64,000 bases of DNA from Bispira polyomma (taxonomy: Eukaryota): NCBI GenBank assembly GCA_965649765.1, contig OZ287760.1:34100001-34164000 (forward strand), written 5' to 3'. The notes below the pieces were generated by a model. That model worked only from the letters and a program-made list of their open reading frames with translations. It was not told the DNA's origin and did not search any database. This document shows, piece by piece, positions 27,244 to 39,611 of the stretch; the first letter of the stretch is position 1; each line of letters begins with the position of its first letter. Position numbers and translations under genes: made by a program.

Positions 27244-30200
27244 CTGTAAACACACACACCACACACTACACACTAAATATACAGTATTAAAACAAGCATT
27301 CAGTGACCAGTACTTAGCTCTGGGTAGACTCTCTGTAAACACACACACACCACACTCTACACACTAAATATACAGTATTAAAACAAGCATTCAGTAACCA
27401 GTGCTCTTATTTCTGGGTAGACCCTCTGTAAACACACACATACCACACACAAAATATACAGTATTAAAACAAGCATTCAGTGACCAGTACTCTTACTTCT
27501 GGGTAGACCCTCTGTAAACACACACATACCACACACTAAATATACAGTATTAAAACAAGCATTCAGTGACCAGTGCTCTTACTTCTGGGTAAACCCTCTG
27601 TAAACACACACATACCACACTCTACACAATAATATACAGTATTAAAACAAGCATTCAGTGACCAGTACTTAGTTCTGGGTAGACTCTCTGTAAACACACA
27701 CACACCACTCTCTACACACTAAATATACAGTATCAAAACAAGCATTCAGTGACCAGTGCTCTTACTTCTGGGTAGACCCTCTGTAAACACACACATACCA
27801 CTCTCTACACACTAAATATACAGTATTAAAACAAGTATTCAGTGACCAGTACTTAGTTCTGGGTAGACTCTCTGTAAACACACACATACCACTCTCTACA
27901 CACTAAATATACAGTATTAAAACAAGCATGCAGTGACCAGTGCTCTTATTTCTGGGTAGACCCTCTGTAAACACACACATACCACACACAAAATATACAG
28001 TATTAAAACAAGCATTCAGTGACCAGTACCCTTACTTCTGGGTAGACCCTCTGTAAACACACACATACCACACACTAAATATACAGTATTAAAACAAGCA
28101 TTCAGTGACCAGTGCTCTTACTTCTGGGTAGACCCTCTGTAAACACACACATACCACACTCTACACAATAATATACAGTATTAAAACAAGCATTCAGTGA
28201 CCAGTACTTAGTTCTGGGTAGACTCTCTGTAAACACACACACACCACTCTCTACACACTAAATATACAGTATCAAAGCAAGCATTCAGTGTCCAGTGCTC
28301 TTACTTCTGGGTAGACCCTCTGTAAACACACACATACCACTCTCCACACTAAATATACAGTATTAAAACAAGCATTCAGTGACCAGTACTTAGTTCTGGG
28401 TAGACTCTCTGTAAACACACACATACCACTCTCTACACACTATATATACAGTATTAAAACAAGCATTCAGTAACCAGTGCTCTTATTTCTGGGTAGACCC
28501 TCTGTAAACACACACATACCACACACAAAATATACAGTATTAAAACAAGCATTCAGTGACCAGTACTCTTACTTCTGGGTAGACCCTCTGTAAACACACA
28601 CATACCACACACGAAATATACAGTATTAAAACAAGCATTCAGTGACTAGTGCTCTTACTTCTGGGTAGACCCTCTGTAAACACACACATACCACTCTCTA
28701 CACACTAAATATACAGTATTAAAACAAGCATTCAGTGACCAGTACTTAGTTCTGGGTAGACTCTCTGTAAACACACACACCCCACTCTCTACACACTAAA
28801 TACACAGTATTAAAACAAGCATGCAGTGACCAGTGCTCTTATTTCTGGGTAGACCCTCTGTAAACACACACATACCACACACAAAATATACAGTATTAAA
28901 ACAAGCATTCAGTGACCAGTACTCTTACTTCTGGGTAGACCCTCTGTAAACACACACATACCACACACTAAATATACAGTATTAAAACAAGCATTCAGTG
29001 ACCAGTGCTCTTACTTCTGGGTAGACCCTCTGTAAACACACACATACCACACTCTACACAATAATATACAGTATTAAAACAAGCATTCAGTGACCAGTAC
29101 TTAGTTCTGGGTAGACTCTCTGTAAACACACACACACCACTCTCTACACACTAAATATACAGTATCAAAGCAAGCATTCAGTGTCCAGTGCTCTTACTTC
29201 TGGGTAGACCCTCTGTAAACACACACATACCACTCTCCACACTAAATATACAGTATTAAAACAAGCATTCAGTGACCAGTACTTAGTTCTGGGTAGACTC
29301 TCTGTAAACACACACATACCACTCTCTACACACTATATATACAGTATTAAAACAAGCATGCAGTAACCAGTGCTCTTATTTCTGGGTAGACCCTCTGTAA
29401 ACACACACATACCACACACAAAATATACAGTATTAAAACAAGCATTCAGTGACCAGTACTCTTACTTCTGGGTAGACCCTCTGTAAACACACACATACCA
29501 CACACGAAATATACAGTATTAAAACAAGCATTCAGTGACTAGTGCTCTTACTTCTGGGTAGACCCTCTGTAAACACACACATACCACTCTCTACACACTA
29601 AATATACAGTATTAAAACAAGCATTCAGTGACCAGTACTTAGTTCTGGGTAGACTCTCTGTAAACACACACACCCCACTCTCTACACACTAAATACACAG
29701 TATTAAAACAAGCATGCAGTGACCAGTACTCTTACTTCTGGGTAGACCCTCTGTAAACACACACATACCACACACAAAATATACAGTATTAAAACAAGCA
29801 TTCAGTGACCAGTACTCTTACTTCTGGGTAGACCCTCTGTAAACACACACATACCACACACTAAATATACAGTATTAAAACAAGCATTCAGTGACCAGTG
29901 CTCTTACTTCTGGGTAGACCCTCTGTAAACACACACATACCACACTCTACACAATAATATACAGTATTAAAACAAGCATTCAGTGACCAGTACTTAGTTC
30001 TGGGTAGACTCTCTGTAAACACACACACACCACTCTCTACACACTAAATATACAGTATCAAAGCAAGCATTCAGTGTCCAGTGCTCTTACTTCTGGGTAG
30101 ACCCTCTGTAAACACACACATACCACTCTCCACACTAAATATACAGTATTAAAACAAGCATTCAGTGACCAGTACTTAGTTCTGGGTAGACTCTCTGTAA

Positions 30201-31645
30201 ACACACACATACCACTCTCTACACACTATATATACAGTATTAAAACAAGCATGCAGTAACCAGTGCTCTTATTTCTGGGTAGACCCTCTGTAAACACACA
30301 CATACCACACACAAAATATACAGTATTAAAACAAGCATTCAGTGACCAGTACTCTTACTTCTGGGTAGACCCTCTGTAAACACACACATACCACACACGA
30401 AATATACAGTATTAAAACAAGCATTCAGTGACTAGTGCTCTTACTTCTGGGTAGACCCTCTGTAAACACACACATACCACTCTCTACACACTAAATATAC
30501 AGTATTAAAACAAGCATTCAGTGACCAGTACTTAGTTCTGGGTAGACTCTCTGTAAACACACACACCCCACTCTCTACACACTAAATACACAGTATTAAA
30601 ACAAGCATTCAGTGACCAGTACTCTTACTTCTGGGTAGACCCTCTGTAAACACACACATACCACTCTCTACACACTAAATATACAGTATTAAAACAAGCA
30701 TTCAGTGACCAGTACTTAGTTCTGGGTAGACTCTCTGTAAACACACACACCCCACTCTCTACACACTAAATACACAGTATTAAAACAAGCATTCAGTGAC
30801 CAGTACTCTTACTTCTGGGTAGACCCTCTGTAAACACACACATACCACTCTCTACACACTAAATATACAGTATTAAAACAAGCATTCAGTAACCAGTGCT
30901 CTTATGTCTGGGTAGACCCTCTGTAAACACACACATACCACACACAAAATATACAGTATTAAAACAAGCATTCAGTGACCAGTACTCTTACTTCTGGGTA
31001 GACCCTCTGTAAACACACACATACCACACACTAAATATACAGTATTAAAACAAGCATTCAGTGACCAGTGCTCTTAGTTCTGGGTAGACCCTCTGTAAAC
31101 ACACACATACCACACTCTACACACTAAATATACAGTATTAAAACAAGCATTCAGTGACCAGTGCTCTTACTTCTGGGTAGACCCTCTGTAAACACACACT
31201 AAATATACACTCTCTACACACTAAATATACAGAATTAAAACAAGCATTCAGTTCTGGGTAGACTCTCTGTAAACACACACATACCACTCTCTACACACTA
31301 AATATACAGTATTAAAACAAGCATTCAGTAACCAGTGCTCTTATTTCTGGGTAGACCCTCTGTAAACACACACATACCACACACTAAATATACAGTATTA
31401 AAACAAGCATTCAGTGACCAGTACTCTTATTTCTGGGTAGACCCTCTGTAAACACACACATACTACACACTCTACACACTAAATATACAGTATTAAAACA
31501 AGCATTCAGTGACCAGTGCTCTTAGTTCTGGGTAGACCCTCTGTAAACACACACATACCACACTCTACACACTAAATATACAGTATTAAAACAAGCAATC
31601 AGTGACCATACTCTTAGTTCTGGGTAGTCTCTCTGTAAACACACA
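27211..31645 (-). repeat. Tandem array of ~50 units (86-93 bp), each = intron end + acceptor + first ~33 nt of the 27145-27243 exon; 893-bp higher-order repeat
   Basis: Minus-strand unit ...gtgtgtttacag AG(G/A)GTCTACCCAGAA(G/C/A)TAAG(AG)(T/C)ACTGGTCACT gaatgcttgttttaatactgtata. Diagnostic variants recur at 28271/29164/30057. Confidence 0.95.
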
Positions 31646-32389
31646 TCAAACACTGAAGCAATATTACAAATACAGTGTAGTGTATTGGTAGTATACTTGA
31701 CTGAAAGGATCACTATTGGAAACTACAGCCCTATATTTTCAAATGAAATATGAGTTTTCACTTAAACGGAAACTGATCTGTGTTCATCTCAGTAAATACT
31801 ATTTGGGCATTTTATAATGTAAATTAGAAAGCATTTGAACGCAATGAATCTTTTATTTTAACACAAACTCCATCAAATCAGAACCGTTTTAGAAAACCTT
31901 CAAAAAATTTAAAACGTGTTAAATATACTAAAATACTATTGTCAAGAATAAACCCAAACAAAGTAGAACCAATATTATCCCAAAATGTTGGGTAAAAAAG
32001 AAATATTTTGGATATTAGAAGGTTCATAAAACAGAAGAGCCATTTCTCAAAAAACAACAGAAAAATATAAAAATTTGTGAGAGTGGCAATGAGGAATATT
32101 TGGATAAAACAAACATTTGGATAATAGAGGTTCTACTGTATAAAAATGCTCCTGTTTTTGGGGACCCTTGTCTTTCCCTTACTCTTAATTTAACCCTTTC
32201 GACCCTAGGGTGTCGGTCAGCAGTCGACAGCATCGTTACTCCTAAACCCTATGTCTGTTGGCAAGCAGTCTACTCCCCCCCCTTCCCCCCCCAAAAAAAA
32301 AATGTCCTTTCCAATTTCCCCACGAGAGTTTTCTCTTAGGAGTTGAAAGGGTTAATAAACATTCTAATGACTTGAAGATCTGAGGTTAC

Positions 32390-32464
32390 CTTGAAATGGG
32401 GACGCACCACATTCCTCCATCTCATTCTCACTGTACGCCTTGTCCAACAGACCTGTGCTGGCAT
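32390..32464 (-). CDS. Death-domain gene, linker exon copy 2 (75 nt, or 57 nt if the gtgcgt donor at 32407 is used)
   Basis: cgtttcag|ATGCCAGC...TTTCAAG|gtaacc; DASTGLLDKAYSENEMEECGASPFQ, phase 1-1. Confidence 0.65.
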
Positions 32465-32588
32465 CTGAAACGTGGATACCATACACCAATAAAATGATGT
32501 GACATAACCACACTTGTACCTAAATAACCAGAGGTACACCTGATATAACCACATTTGTACCTAAATAACCATATACACCACACATAAC

Positions 32589-32645
32589 CACATTGCTCCA
32601 TCTTATTCTTACTGTATGCCTTGTTCAACAGACCCGTGCTGGCAT
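32589..32645 (-). CDS. Death-domain gene, linker exon copy 1 (57 nt, paralogous to 32408-32464)
   Basis: attccag|ATGCCAGC...ATGTG|gttatg; DASTGLLNKAYSKNKMEQC. The donor is weak. Confidence 0.45.
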
Positions 32646-33139
32646 CTGGAATATGGCGATAATACAAGCATAAAGTGAGGTGACCCCATGGGGGCCACAC
32701 TGGCAGATGACAATATAGGTTACACAGAAAAAAGAAAACCATTTTTACATGGAATTGAAATTTAGTTATAACCTGAGCTGTTAAAGAAACATAAAATATA
32801 TCAGATTTGAATGCTGGAGGAAACAAGTGCTGAAGCCATTGTATAAACCACCGACCTACAGCAAGTACCTGACAAAACATTTCTACATATAGAAACAAAT
32901 AGGATTCAAACCCACATTGTTGAGAGGCCAGTGATTGTGAAGTAGACGTTTGTAACCACCAGGCATAACCACGCTTACATCTATACAACCACAGTTACAC
33001 CTGAAATACCCAGAGATATATTTAAATAACCACAGATACACTTGACATAACCACACTTACATCTAAACAACCAAACAAACACATAAATACCCACAGATAC
33101 ACCTGACATCACTACACTTTTACCTTAATAACCACAGCT

Positions 33140-33580
33140 AACATAACCCCATTTACATAACCAGGGCTTTACCTGGAGCACTGGAGCTCTTCGAGTGATG
33201 TGACATAACCACACTTTTATCGTAATAACCACAGCTGACATAACCCTATTTACATAACCAGGGTTTTACCTGGAGCACTAGAGCTCTCCAAGTGATGTGA
33301 CATAACCACATTTTTATTGTAATAACCACACCTGACGTCACCCTATTTACATAACCAGGGCTTTACCTGGAGTACTGGAGCTCTTCGAGTGATGTGACAT
33401 AACCACACTTTTATCGTAATAACCACAGCTGACATAACCCTATTTACATAACCAGGGTTTTACCTGAAGCACTAGAGCTCTCCAAGTGATGTGACATAAC
33501 CACATTTTTATCGTAATAACCACACCTGATGTCACCCTATTTACATAACCAGGGCTTTACCTGGAGTACTGGAGCTCTCC
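33140..33580 (-). repeat. 97-bp tandem repeat copying the 3' end + donor of the 33561-33659 exon (4 extra copies)
   Basis: GAGCTCCAGT(G/A)CTCCAG|gtaaa recurs near 33167, 33264, 33361, 33458 and 33555. Confidence 0.9.
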
Positions 33581-33659
33581 GAGTGTGGGTTGAGTTCTGT
33601 AGAACTGGCAGCCTTGCGTGAGGAGGAGGAAGCAGATGGTCTCTGAAACCTGGAACTTT
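33561..33659 (-). CDS. Death-domain gene, Ser-rich 99-nt exon (phase 1-1)
   Basis: tactttcag|AAAGTTCC...ACTCCAG|gtaaag; ESSRFQRPSASSSSRKAASSTELNPHSESSSTP. Confidence 0.75.
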
Positions 33660-34124
33660 CTGAAAGTACATACAGCACGGATATTAAACAGCCTTGAGGA
33701 CGGATTGTATGTTATATAGAAGTAGACATGACATGGAAAACAAGGTGAAGTTTACAGCATTGACAATAGATTTTTTACAAATATATCATACATTTGTTGT
33801 ACCTGTTTCTGCAGTACCTTATCAGAACCTATTATTATGTAAACACCTGTCATGTGTAATGTTCAAAAATCTGGTCCAGTCCAAGTTTCAAAAACCAACT
33901 TTGAATCTCTAAAATAAAAATGTTAAATAATATAAATACAAATTTTGGCGAGAGATAAGTGCTCTTCACTGTTTATAACTTGTGTTATATAAAAGACGTA
34001 TACAAGTTTTTTTGACACACTAAAAAGTAGCATCACCATCATACTACCTGTTTATAACATCTTCCATAACATTGTGAATACTACCTGTTTCTACAATACC
34101 TCATTTAGCTGTATCTATCACATT

Positions 34125-34591
34125 ACCTACCAAACTTACGTGCCTGTGTACCACTTCCTTCTAGTACCTCCCTCAGAAGTACCAAATGTACGTACTTACG
34201 TACCCCTTCTAGTACCTCCCTCAGCAGTACCAAACTTACGTACCTGTGTACTCCTTCCTTCTAGTACCTCCCTCAGTAATACCAAACTTACGTACCTGTG
34301 TACCACTTCTAGTACCTCCCTCAGTAGTACCAAACTGACATACCTGTGTACCCCTTCCTTCTAGTACCTCCCTCAGTAGTACCAAACTTACGTATCTGTG
34401 TACCACTTCTAGTACCTCCCTCAGTAATACCAAACTTATGTACCAGTGTACCCCTTCCTTCTAGTACCTCCCTCAGTAATACCAAACTTACGTACCTGTG
34501 TACCACTTCTAGTACCTCCCTCAGTAGTACCAAACTTACGTACCTGTGTACCACTTCTAGTACCTCCCTCAGTAGTACCAAACTTAAGTAC
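34125..34591 (-). repeat. 48-52-bp tandem repeat copying the 3' end + donor of the SAM exon (~9 copies)
   Basis: GTACTACTGAGGGAGGTACTAGAAG..GGTACACAG|gtacgtaagt mirrors the exon end GTATTGCTGAGGGAGGTGCTAGAAGG...GGTACACAG. Confidence 0.9.
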
Positions 34592-34798
34592 CTGTGTACC
34601 CCTTCCTCCGGTGTAACCCTTCTAGCACCTCCCTCAGCAATACCTCCTCGGCTTTGGATGGCAGACACATCTCAGACACATCCTCGGGTTTCAGGGCTCT
34701 GAGTGTCGCCTCGCTGCGGAAACCATTCTGTCTGAGTACGTTGGCTGTGTTTTCTGACAGACTGTGGTCTGTGCACCATTTACTGGTAAAGTCTGCCG
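34592..34798 (-). CDS. Death-domain gene, SAM-like domain exon (207 nt, phase 1-1)
   Basis: tttaaacag|CGGCAG...ACAG|gtactt; ADFTSKWCTDHSLSENTANVLRQNGFRSEATLRALKPEDVSEMCLPSKAEEVLLREVLEGLHRRKGYT fits the SAM pattern W-x-x-x-x-x-L...NGF...LxxLxxEDxxxM...LL. Confidence 0.75.
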
Positions 34799-35199
34799 CT
34801 GTTTAAATATAGATGTGTATGTTGATGTTTCAATTATTGAATATGCTGTGTTTACTGGTAAAAAATGATACACAAACTAAAAAACTGAATTTTCATAGTA
34901 GAATAAAGTTAGCGCTAACATGAAAGATCAGTTGTTACAACAAAAACCATACCATAATTGCATGTTTTTTAAAGTAAATTCCAGAAATATCAGATGAGCC
35001 ACAGAAAGACATACCGACAGCTGTTTAAATCTCCATAACTCCCCCAGCTCTCACTTACCACCAACCAATGTCCACCTGTCTATTGTGGCCAGAGACAAAC
35101 CACAGCAGCTTAAGCTCTCACTTACCACCAACCAATGTCCACCTGTCTGTTGTGGCCAGAGACAAACCACAGCGGCTTAATATAAAATTATTACTCCAC

Positions 35200-35455
35200 C
35201 AAAGTGACAGTCTCCCTGTTGAGCTTTGATTACCTGAAACACTTTCTGGTTTTTGGAAAAAAAACTTAAAACCCACCTCTTCCAACTATGCCTACTCCCC
35301 TTAGTTCGCTCCTTGTACACCCCACATCCTTCCTTATGACCGTGGATATGTTTTGGTACTTTTCTATTGGTTAATCGATTCTGTTGTTGTGCTTTACAAG
35401 ATCTCACATCAATATGGCACGTTAAATATCCATAAGACAATACATTACAATACCA
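35200..35455 (+). mobile_element. 3' end fragment of an L2/CR1-type LINE; related tails at ~54770-54930 and ~59760-59900
   Basis: Degenerate LPVEL...LKTHLF ORF2 C-terminus followed by a shared CCCACATCCTTCCTTA..ACC 3' tail seen three times. Confidence 0.6.
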
Positions 35456-35648
35456 CCAATTGTCTACTGTAAAATGTTTAAATCATACCCCCCACTCCCC
35501 CCACTCCCACTCACTCCTCCTCCTACTCCTAGCCTCACTCACACTCCTGTGTACGGGTCTGTTGATGAGGGCCACATACTCCCCCCCCCCCCTCCCCCTC
35601 CTCCCACTCACCCCTCCTCCTACTCCGAGACTCCACCTCTTCACTCAC

Positions 35649-35854
35649 ACTCCGGTGTATAGGTCTGTTGATGAGGGCCACATCCTCCCCCCCTGAGTGT
35701 CTGGCACTGTTGTAACTACTAGAGGAGGGGACTAGGTTCCTGCCCCTCACCCCCTGGCTGGTAGTGCTGTGTTTGGGGTGTGTAGAGCTGAGTAGTGTGA
35801 CCCCTGTGTGTGTACTGGAGACCGACCTCTCACTGGCACGACCTCCCTCCTCCC
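35649..35854 (-). CDS. Death-domain gene, juxtamembrane low-complexity exon (206 nt, phase 1-0)
   Basis: cttttatctcacacag|GGGAGG...CGGAGT|gtgagt; only one frame is open: REEGGRASERSVSSTHTG...DVALINRPIHRS. The join to the phase-1 SAM exon needs a 3n+1 microexon or a different donor (unresolved). Confidence 0.7.
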
Positions 35855-36486
35855 CTGTGTGAGATAAAAGGGAGTTATACTGACAGGGATAAACCACACC
35901 CCTGTGTGTGTACTGGAGACTGACCTCTCACAATTGGAGGGGTAGGAACATGAAGACAAAGCTTACAACTTCCAAGAGTGCTCAACTTCCTTTACATCCC
36001 TGGCTTGGGTTTTACCTCGCTTTGAACAGTCATATTGTGACGGCCAGGTTTAGTGGTGGGGAAAACCAGTAGTGAAGCCACTGTGTAAACCATCGACCTA
36101 CGGCAACTACCTGACAAAACTTTAACCCACATAAAGAATCGAATCTGTGGGAATAGATCCCTAGAGGCGAGAGGAGGCCAGTGATTGTAAGGCAGACACA
36201 TATAACCACTAGACCACCGTGGCCCTTGGCTCGGAATGGGATTTGCTTTTCAATGACAAATTGGCGTAAATCTGTAAATTGCTTTACTGTGGGGAACTAC
36301 CAACCAAGATGTAATCAAGGTTACAGAGTGAAATGTCTTTTGGCCGTTCCGATGTTGTAGTCCACAGATTAAACCATACTTTAGAACCAATCAGAATCAT
36401 CAACACCTTGGAGATTCACACCATACATACACCTGTACACACACCTATACACACACACACTCACACAAACACATTACTATACTTAC

Positions 36487-36618
36487 GACCAAACCTTCTG
36501 TCCCTTGTCCTTCTATTTTTCTTCAGCACCTTGGAGATTCCAAAACAAATACCGTAGATGACGAGAAACGAGATCAGAGAGAAACTCCAGGCCACAAATA
36601 CAGTGGGCCAACTGACGA
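36487..36618 (-). CDS. Death-domain gene, transmembrane exon (132 nt, phase 1-1)
   Basis: ttttctcttgtttcag|...|gtaagt; VVSWPTVFVAWSFSLISFLVIYGICFGISKVLKKNRRTRDRRFG = hydrophobic helix followed by a basic stop-transfer cluster. Confidence 0.85.
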
Positions 36619-36879
36619 CTGAAACAAGAGAAAACACTGACAGATTACATGGACCAAAACATCACAAAGTTTACATGGACTGATACATCACACACATGGA
36701 CCAAAATATCACAAACATGGACTGATACATCATAAACATTTAGTGATTACTGATACATCACAAGTATACTCCCCATCTGCACTCCACTTGATTTCATACA
36801 GTCCAACTCACTATCCTGAGAGATGGGCAAATGGTTCACATCACTGGCAAACCACAACTGCCTTATATAGATATTTAAC

Positions 36880-37033
36880 ACAAGTTCCAGAAGGGGAGTG
36901 TTATACCAGTTGGCAATGGGGTGCATGTCTTGTCCCAAGGACGATATCTCCCAATTCCCATGGTGGCATTACCTGGAGATGAACCAGGGACCTTCCAATC
37001 ACCAGAGCAACTCCTTACCACTAGGCCACAGGA
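36880..37033 (-). mobile_element. tRNA-derived SINE with CORE-like segment
   Basis: Minus strand GTGGCCTAGTGGTAAG (box A-like), GGTTCATCTCC (box B-like), then CGTCCTTGGGACAAGACA resembling the CORE motif. Confidence 0.55.
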
Positions 37034-37370
37034 GACCAGATATAGGACGACTTTAATCAGGATGTTTTTACTTCTGTGGCGCCACAATCGATGACCAGGC
37101 ATCCTCTATAACACGTGTCCCAGTCAACATGCAAAAGAATAGTCCGATAGGATGTTAAGAACATAGTTTGTCATATCACAGTGGACGGCAAAGCACTGGA
37201 CTTTTAGCAAGTGTAATGCCAAACTTCTTACATACGTACCAAGGCCGAGATTGGAACCCATGACTGCAAAGGGTGGGAGGCGAGTGTGTTACCACTGCAC
37301 CACCAATTTCCCCCCACTCCCCACCTACAGTGTTAAATATCATGAGATATTACAGTACAGTGTTACATAC

Positions 37371-37391
37371 CTGTATTATGAGCATCAGCAC
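37371..37391 (-). CDS. Death-domain gene, 21-nt microexon completing the signal peptide (GADAHNT)
   Basis: tgtgtgttgtgtttcag|GTGCTGATGCTCATAATACAG|gtatgt, phase 1-1; supplies an A-x-A cleavage site. Confidence 0.75.
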
Positions 37392-39611
37392 CTGAAACAC
37401 AACACACACAATGATCAGCGGTTAAACATTAAATTAAACTACTGTAGTAGTGAATTTAAATTATGTTGGGGGGGTCTACATCACCTTCAACAGCTTAAGT
37501 CAGATGGCCAGATTAAATGTTGGAAGAAACCAGTGCTGAGGCGACTGTGTAAACTGACCTACGGCAAGCACCTGTCTAACTTTCACACACGAAGGAACAA
37601 AATCGATTCAAACCCACATTGGTCAGAGGCCATTGACTGTGAAGTAGGCGTGGCTAACCACTAGGCCACCACTGTATTACTGAGAATGGGAGGAAATGTT
37701 TGAAGAAAGCAAACTAGTAACACCACTTAGGGAGTACCTTATGTCAAAACACCAATCCTCTATAAATAATATTAGTGTCAACCTCACAAACAGACCTCTT
37801 TAGATCACTGTTTACAGCGGCATAGCTTTTTAAATGGATACCATAGTGGCAGACTTAGTGTCTTTCTTTAATGCTGAGAATATACCGACTATTTATACAG
37901 TAGAACCTCTATTATCCAAACTTCTATAATCTGAATGTTTAATTTGATGAACTCGTGTCGAACTCTACAAACTCTAGGTCATCCTATCGTTGTTATATAC
38001 TAAAATGCCTCTTCTATTTTATGAACCTTCTATTATCCAAACAAAATCTTGCTCACTCCCCCAACGTGTTCAGATAATAGAGTATGTTCTACTGCTCTTC
38101 TGCACACATTTATACATTACAAGATTGTTGAAAGCCTTGTGAAAAAGAGTAGGGTTTTTCCAGTTTTACTTTTCTACAAAGATAGTTTCTGAAGCAATAG
38201 ATTTATATCCTGCAAAAATAATGTTTCCTTAAATTGGGGGATCAAGGATTTACATGACTTGTTCTGACAATTCAAAATTGTTAAGGGCTTTACAGACCGC
38301 CAACTACACACGACACGACACTACACGACATGTCAGTACCAGTCATATCAAACACGACACTACACTACAAAATCCAGATATGTGTGAATGTCCCCCTCCC
38401 ACCAATACTTTTACTACATATTACACAAAGATTAACCGAATGATAAGTTAAATTTCAGTGTCATGTTCTATTGTGTAGGGAGCAGTCTGTGTAATATTTA
38501 CATATTATCTGATTCCCAATTTGTTGTAGTGTCTTATCGAGTAGTCGGCAGTCTGTGAAACCCTGCAGAGTAACAAATGTGAAATTTGTCACTAGGGGTC
38601 ACCCTTTAAAATTAAGCAACGAGAAGCAAATTTACTAAATTTGGCTTTGCCAATTTTAATAACTAGTACGCACTTTCTTTATATAAAACTGCATATTTTC
38701 AGAAACATAAGCAAATTGTAAAAAGTTTTTTTCTCCCCAATTATCAATTTAAAAAGAATATTCGAGTATTCGTTCGGAATGCTTTCAACTATTCAGGATA
38801 GTAAAATTGCTATTCGGTTTCAGCTTTAGATTAAATAAATGGCCTAAAATTAATACAAAAAATCACAAGCAAATAAGGGGGTTTCCTTAACGGCAAATTT
38901 TAAATACTGTTGCAAATTTTAAAGTACACAAGTTCTGTAGAAACAGACACAGTTATTTGTGATATTTAACAGGACTTACCGCGGAACACAAAACATATTC
39001 ACTTTAATTTAGAAAATTTATTTCTATCTTTTTTTTCTCGAAAATCTCCACTTTCTATGGGTTCATAATGGCCACATTTATCACTTTAATTTAGAAAATT
39101 TGTTTCTATCTTTTTTTTCTCCAAAATCTCCACTTTCTATGGGTTCATAATGGCCATATTTAAAGCAGCATGTGTACATAGATTTTATAGGTTTAGGTTG
39201 GGAAAAAAAAATAATGCTCACTATGTATACGACTGGTAAAACAGAATACCTGTCAAAGTATACAAAATCATTATGAATATTGTTTAAACGGTTTTCATCA
39301 TAACGTCATCATGCAGGACACTCATGTGAAATGTCAGTCTGCACCAATTAGACTAATTAAATCTTTTCAACGAGACTTTAAGCATACATGCAGTGGGTAA
39401 TAGTTTGTATGAAATCATTATATATTGTCACTCTAAATCAAATAAACAAATATACCTCTATCTATTGATTCTAATGACACATATATTAGTATATTAATTC
39501 ATGCATCAACAACTTGGTAATATCAGTAGCATTCTCTAACAAATTATATATTTTTTTTTGTCAGGACAGACCATATCGTCTTAAAGGTTTTCGACAATTC
39601 TGCAAACTTAC

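Noticed and set aside
27211-31645. CRISPR-like regular array
   Set aside because: There are no unique spacers (whole units are near-identical), no cas genes, and the context is eukaryotic and intronic.
36960-37033. tRNA genes at box A/B-like sequences
   Set aside because: No cloverleaf; these are diverged SINE heads attached to repeat bodies.
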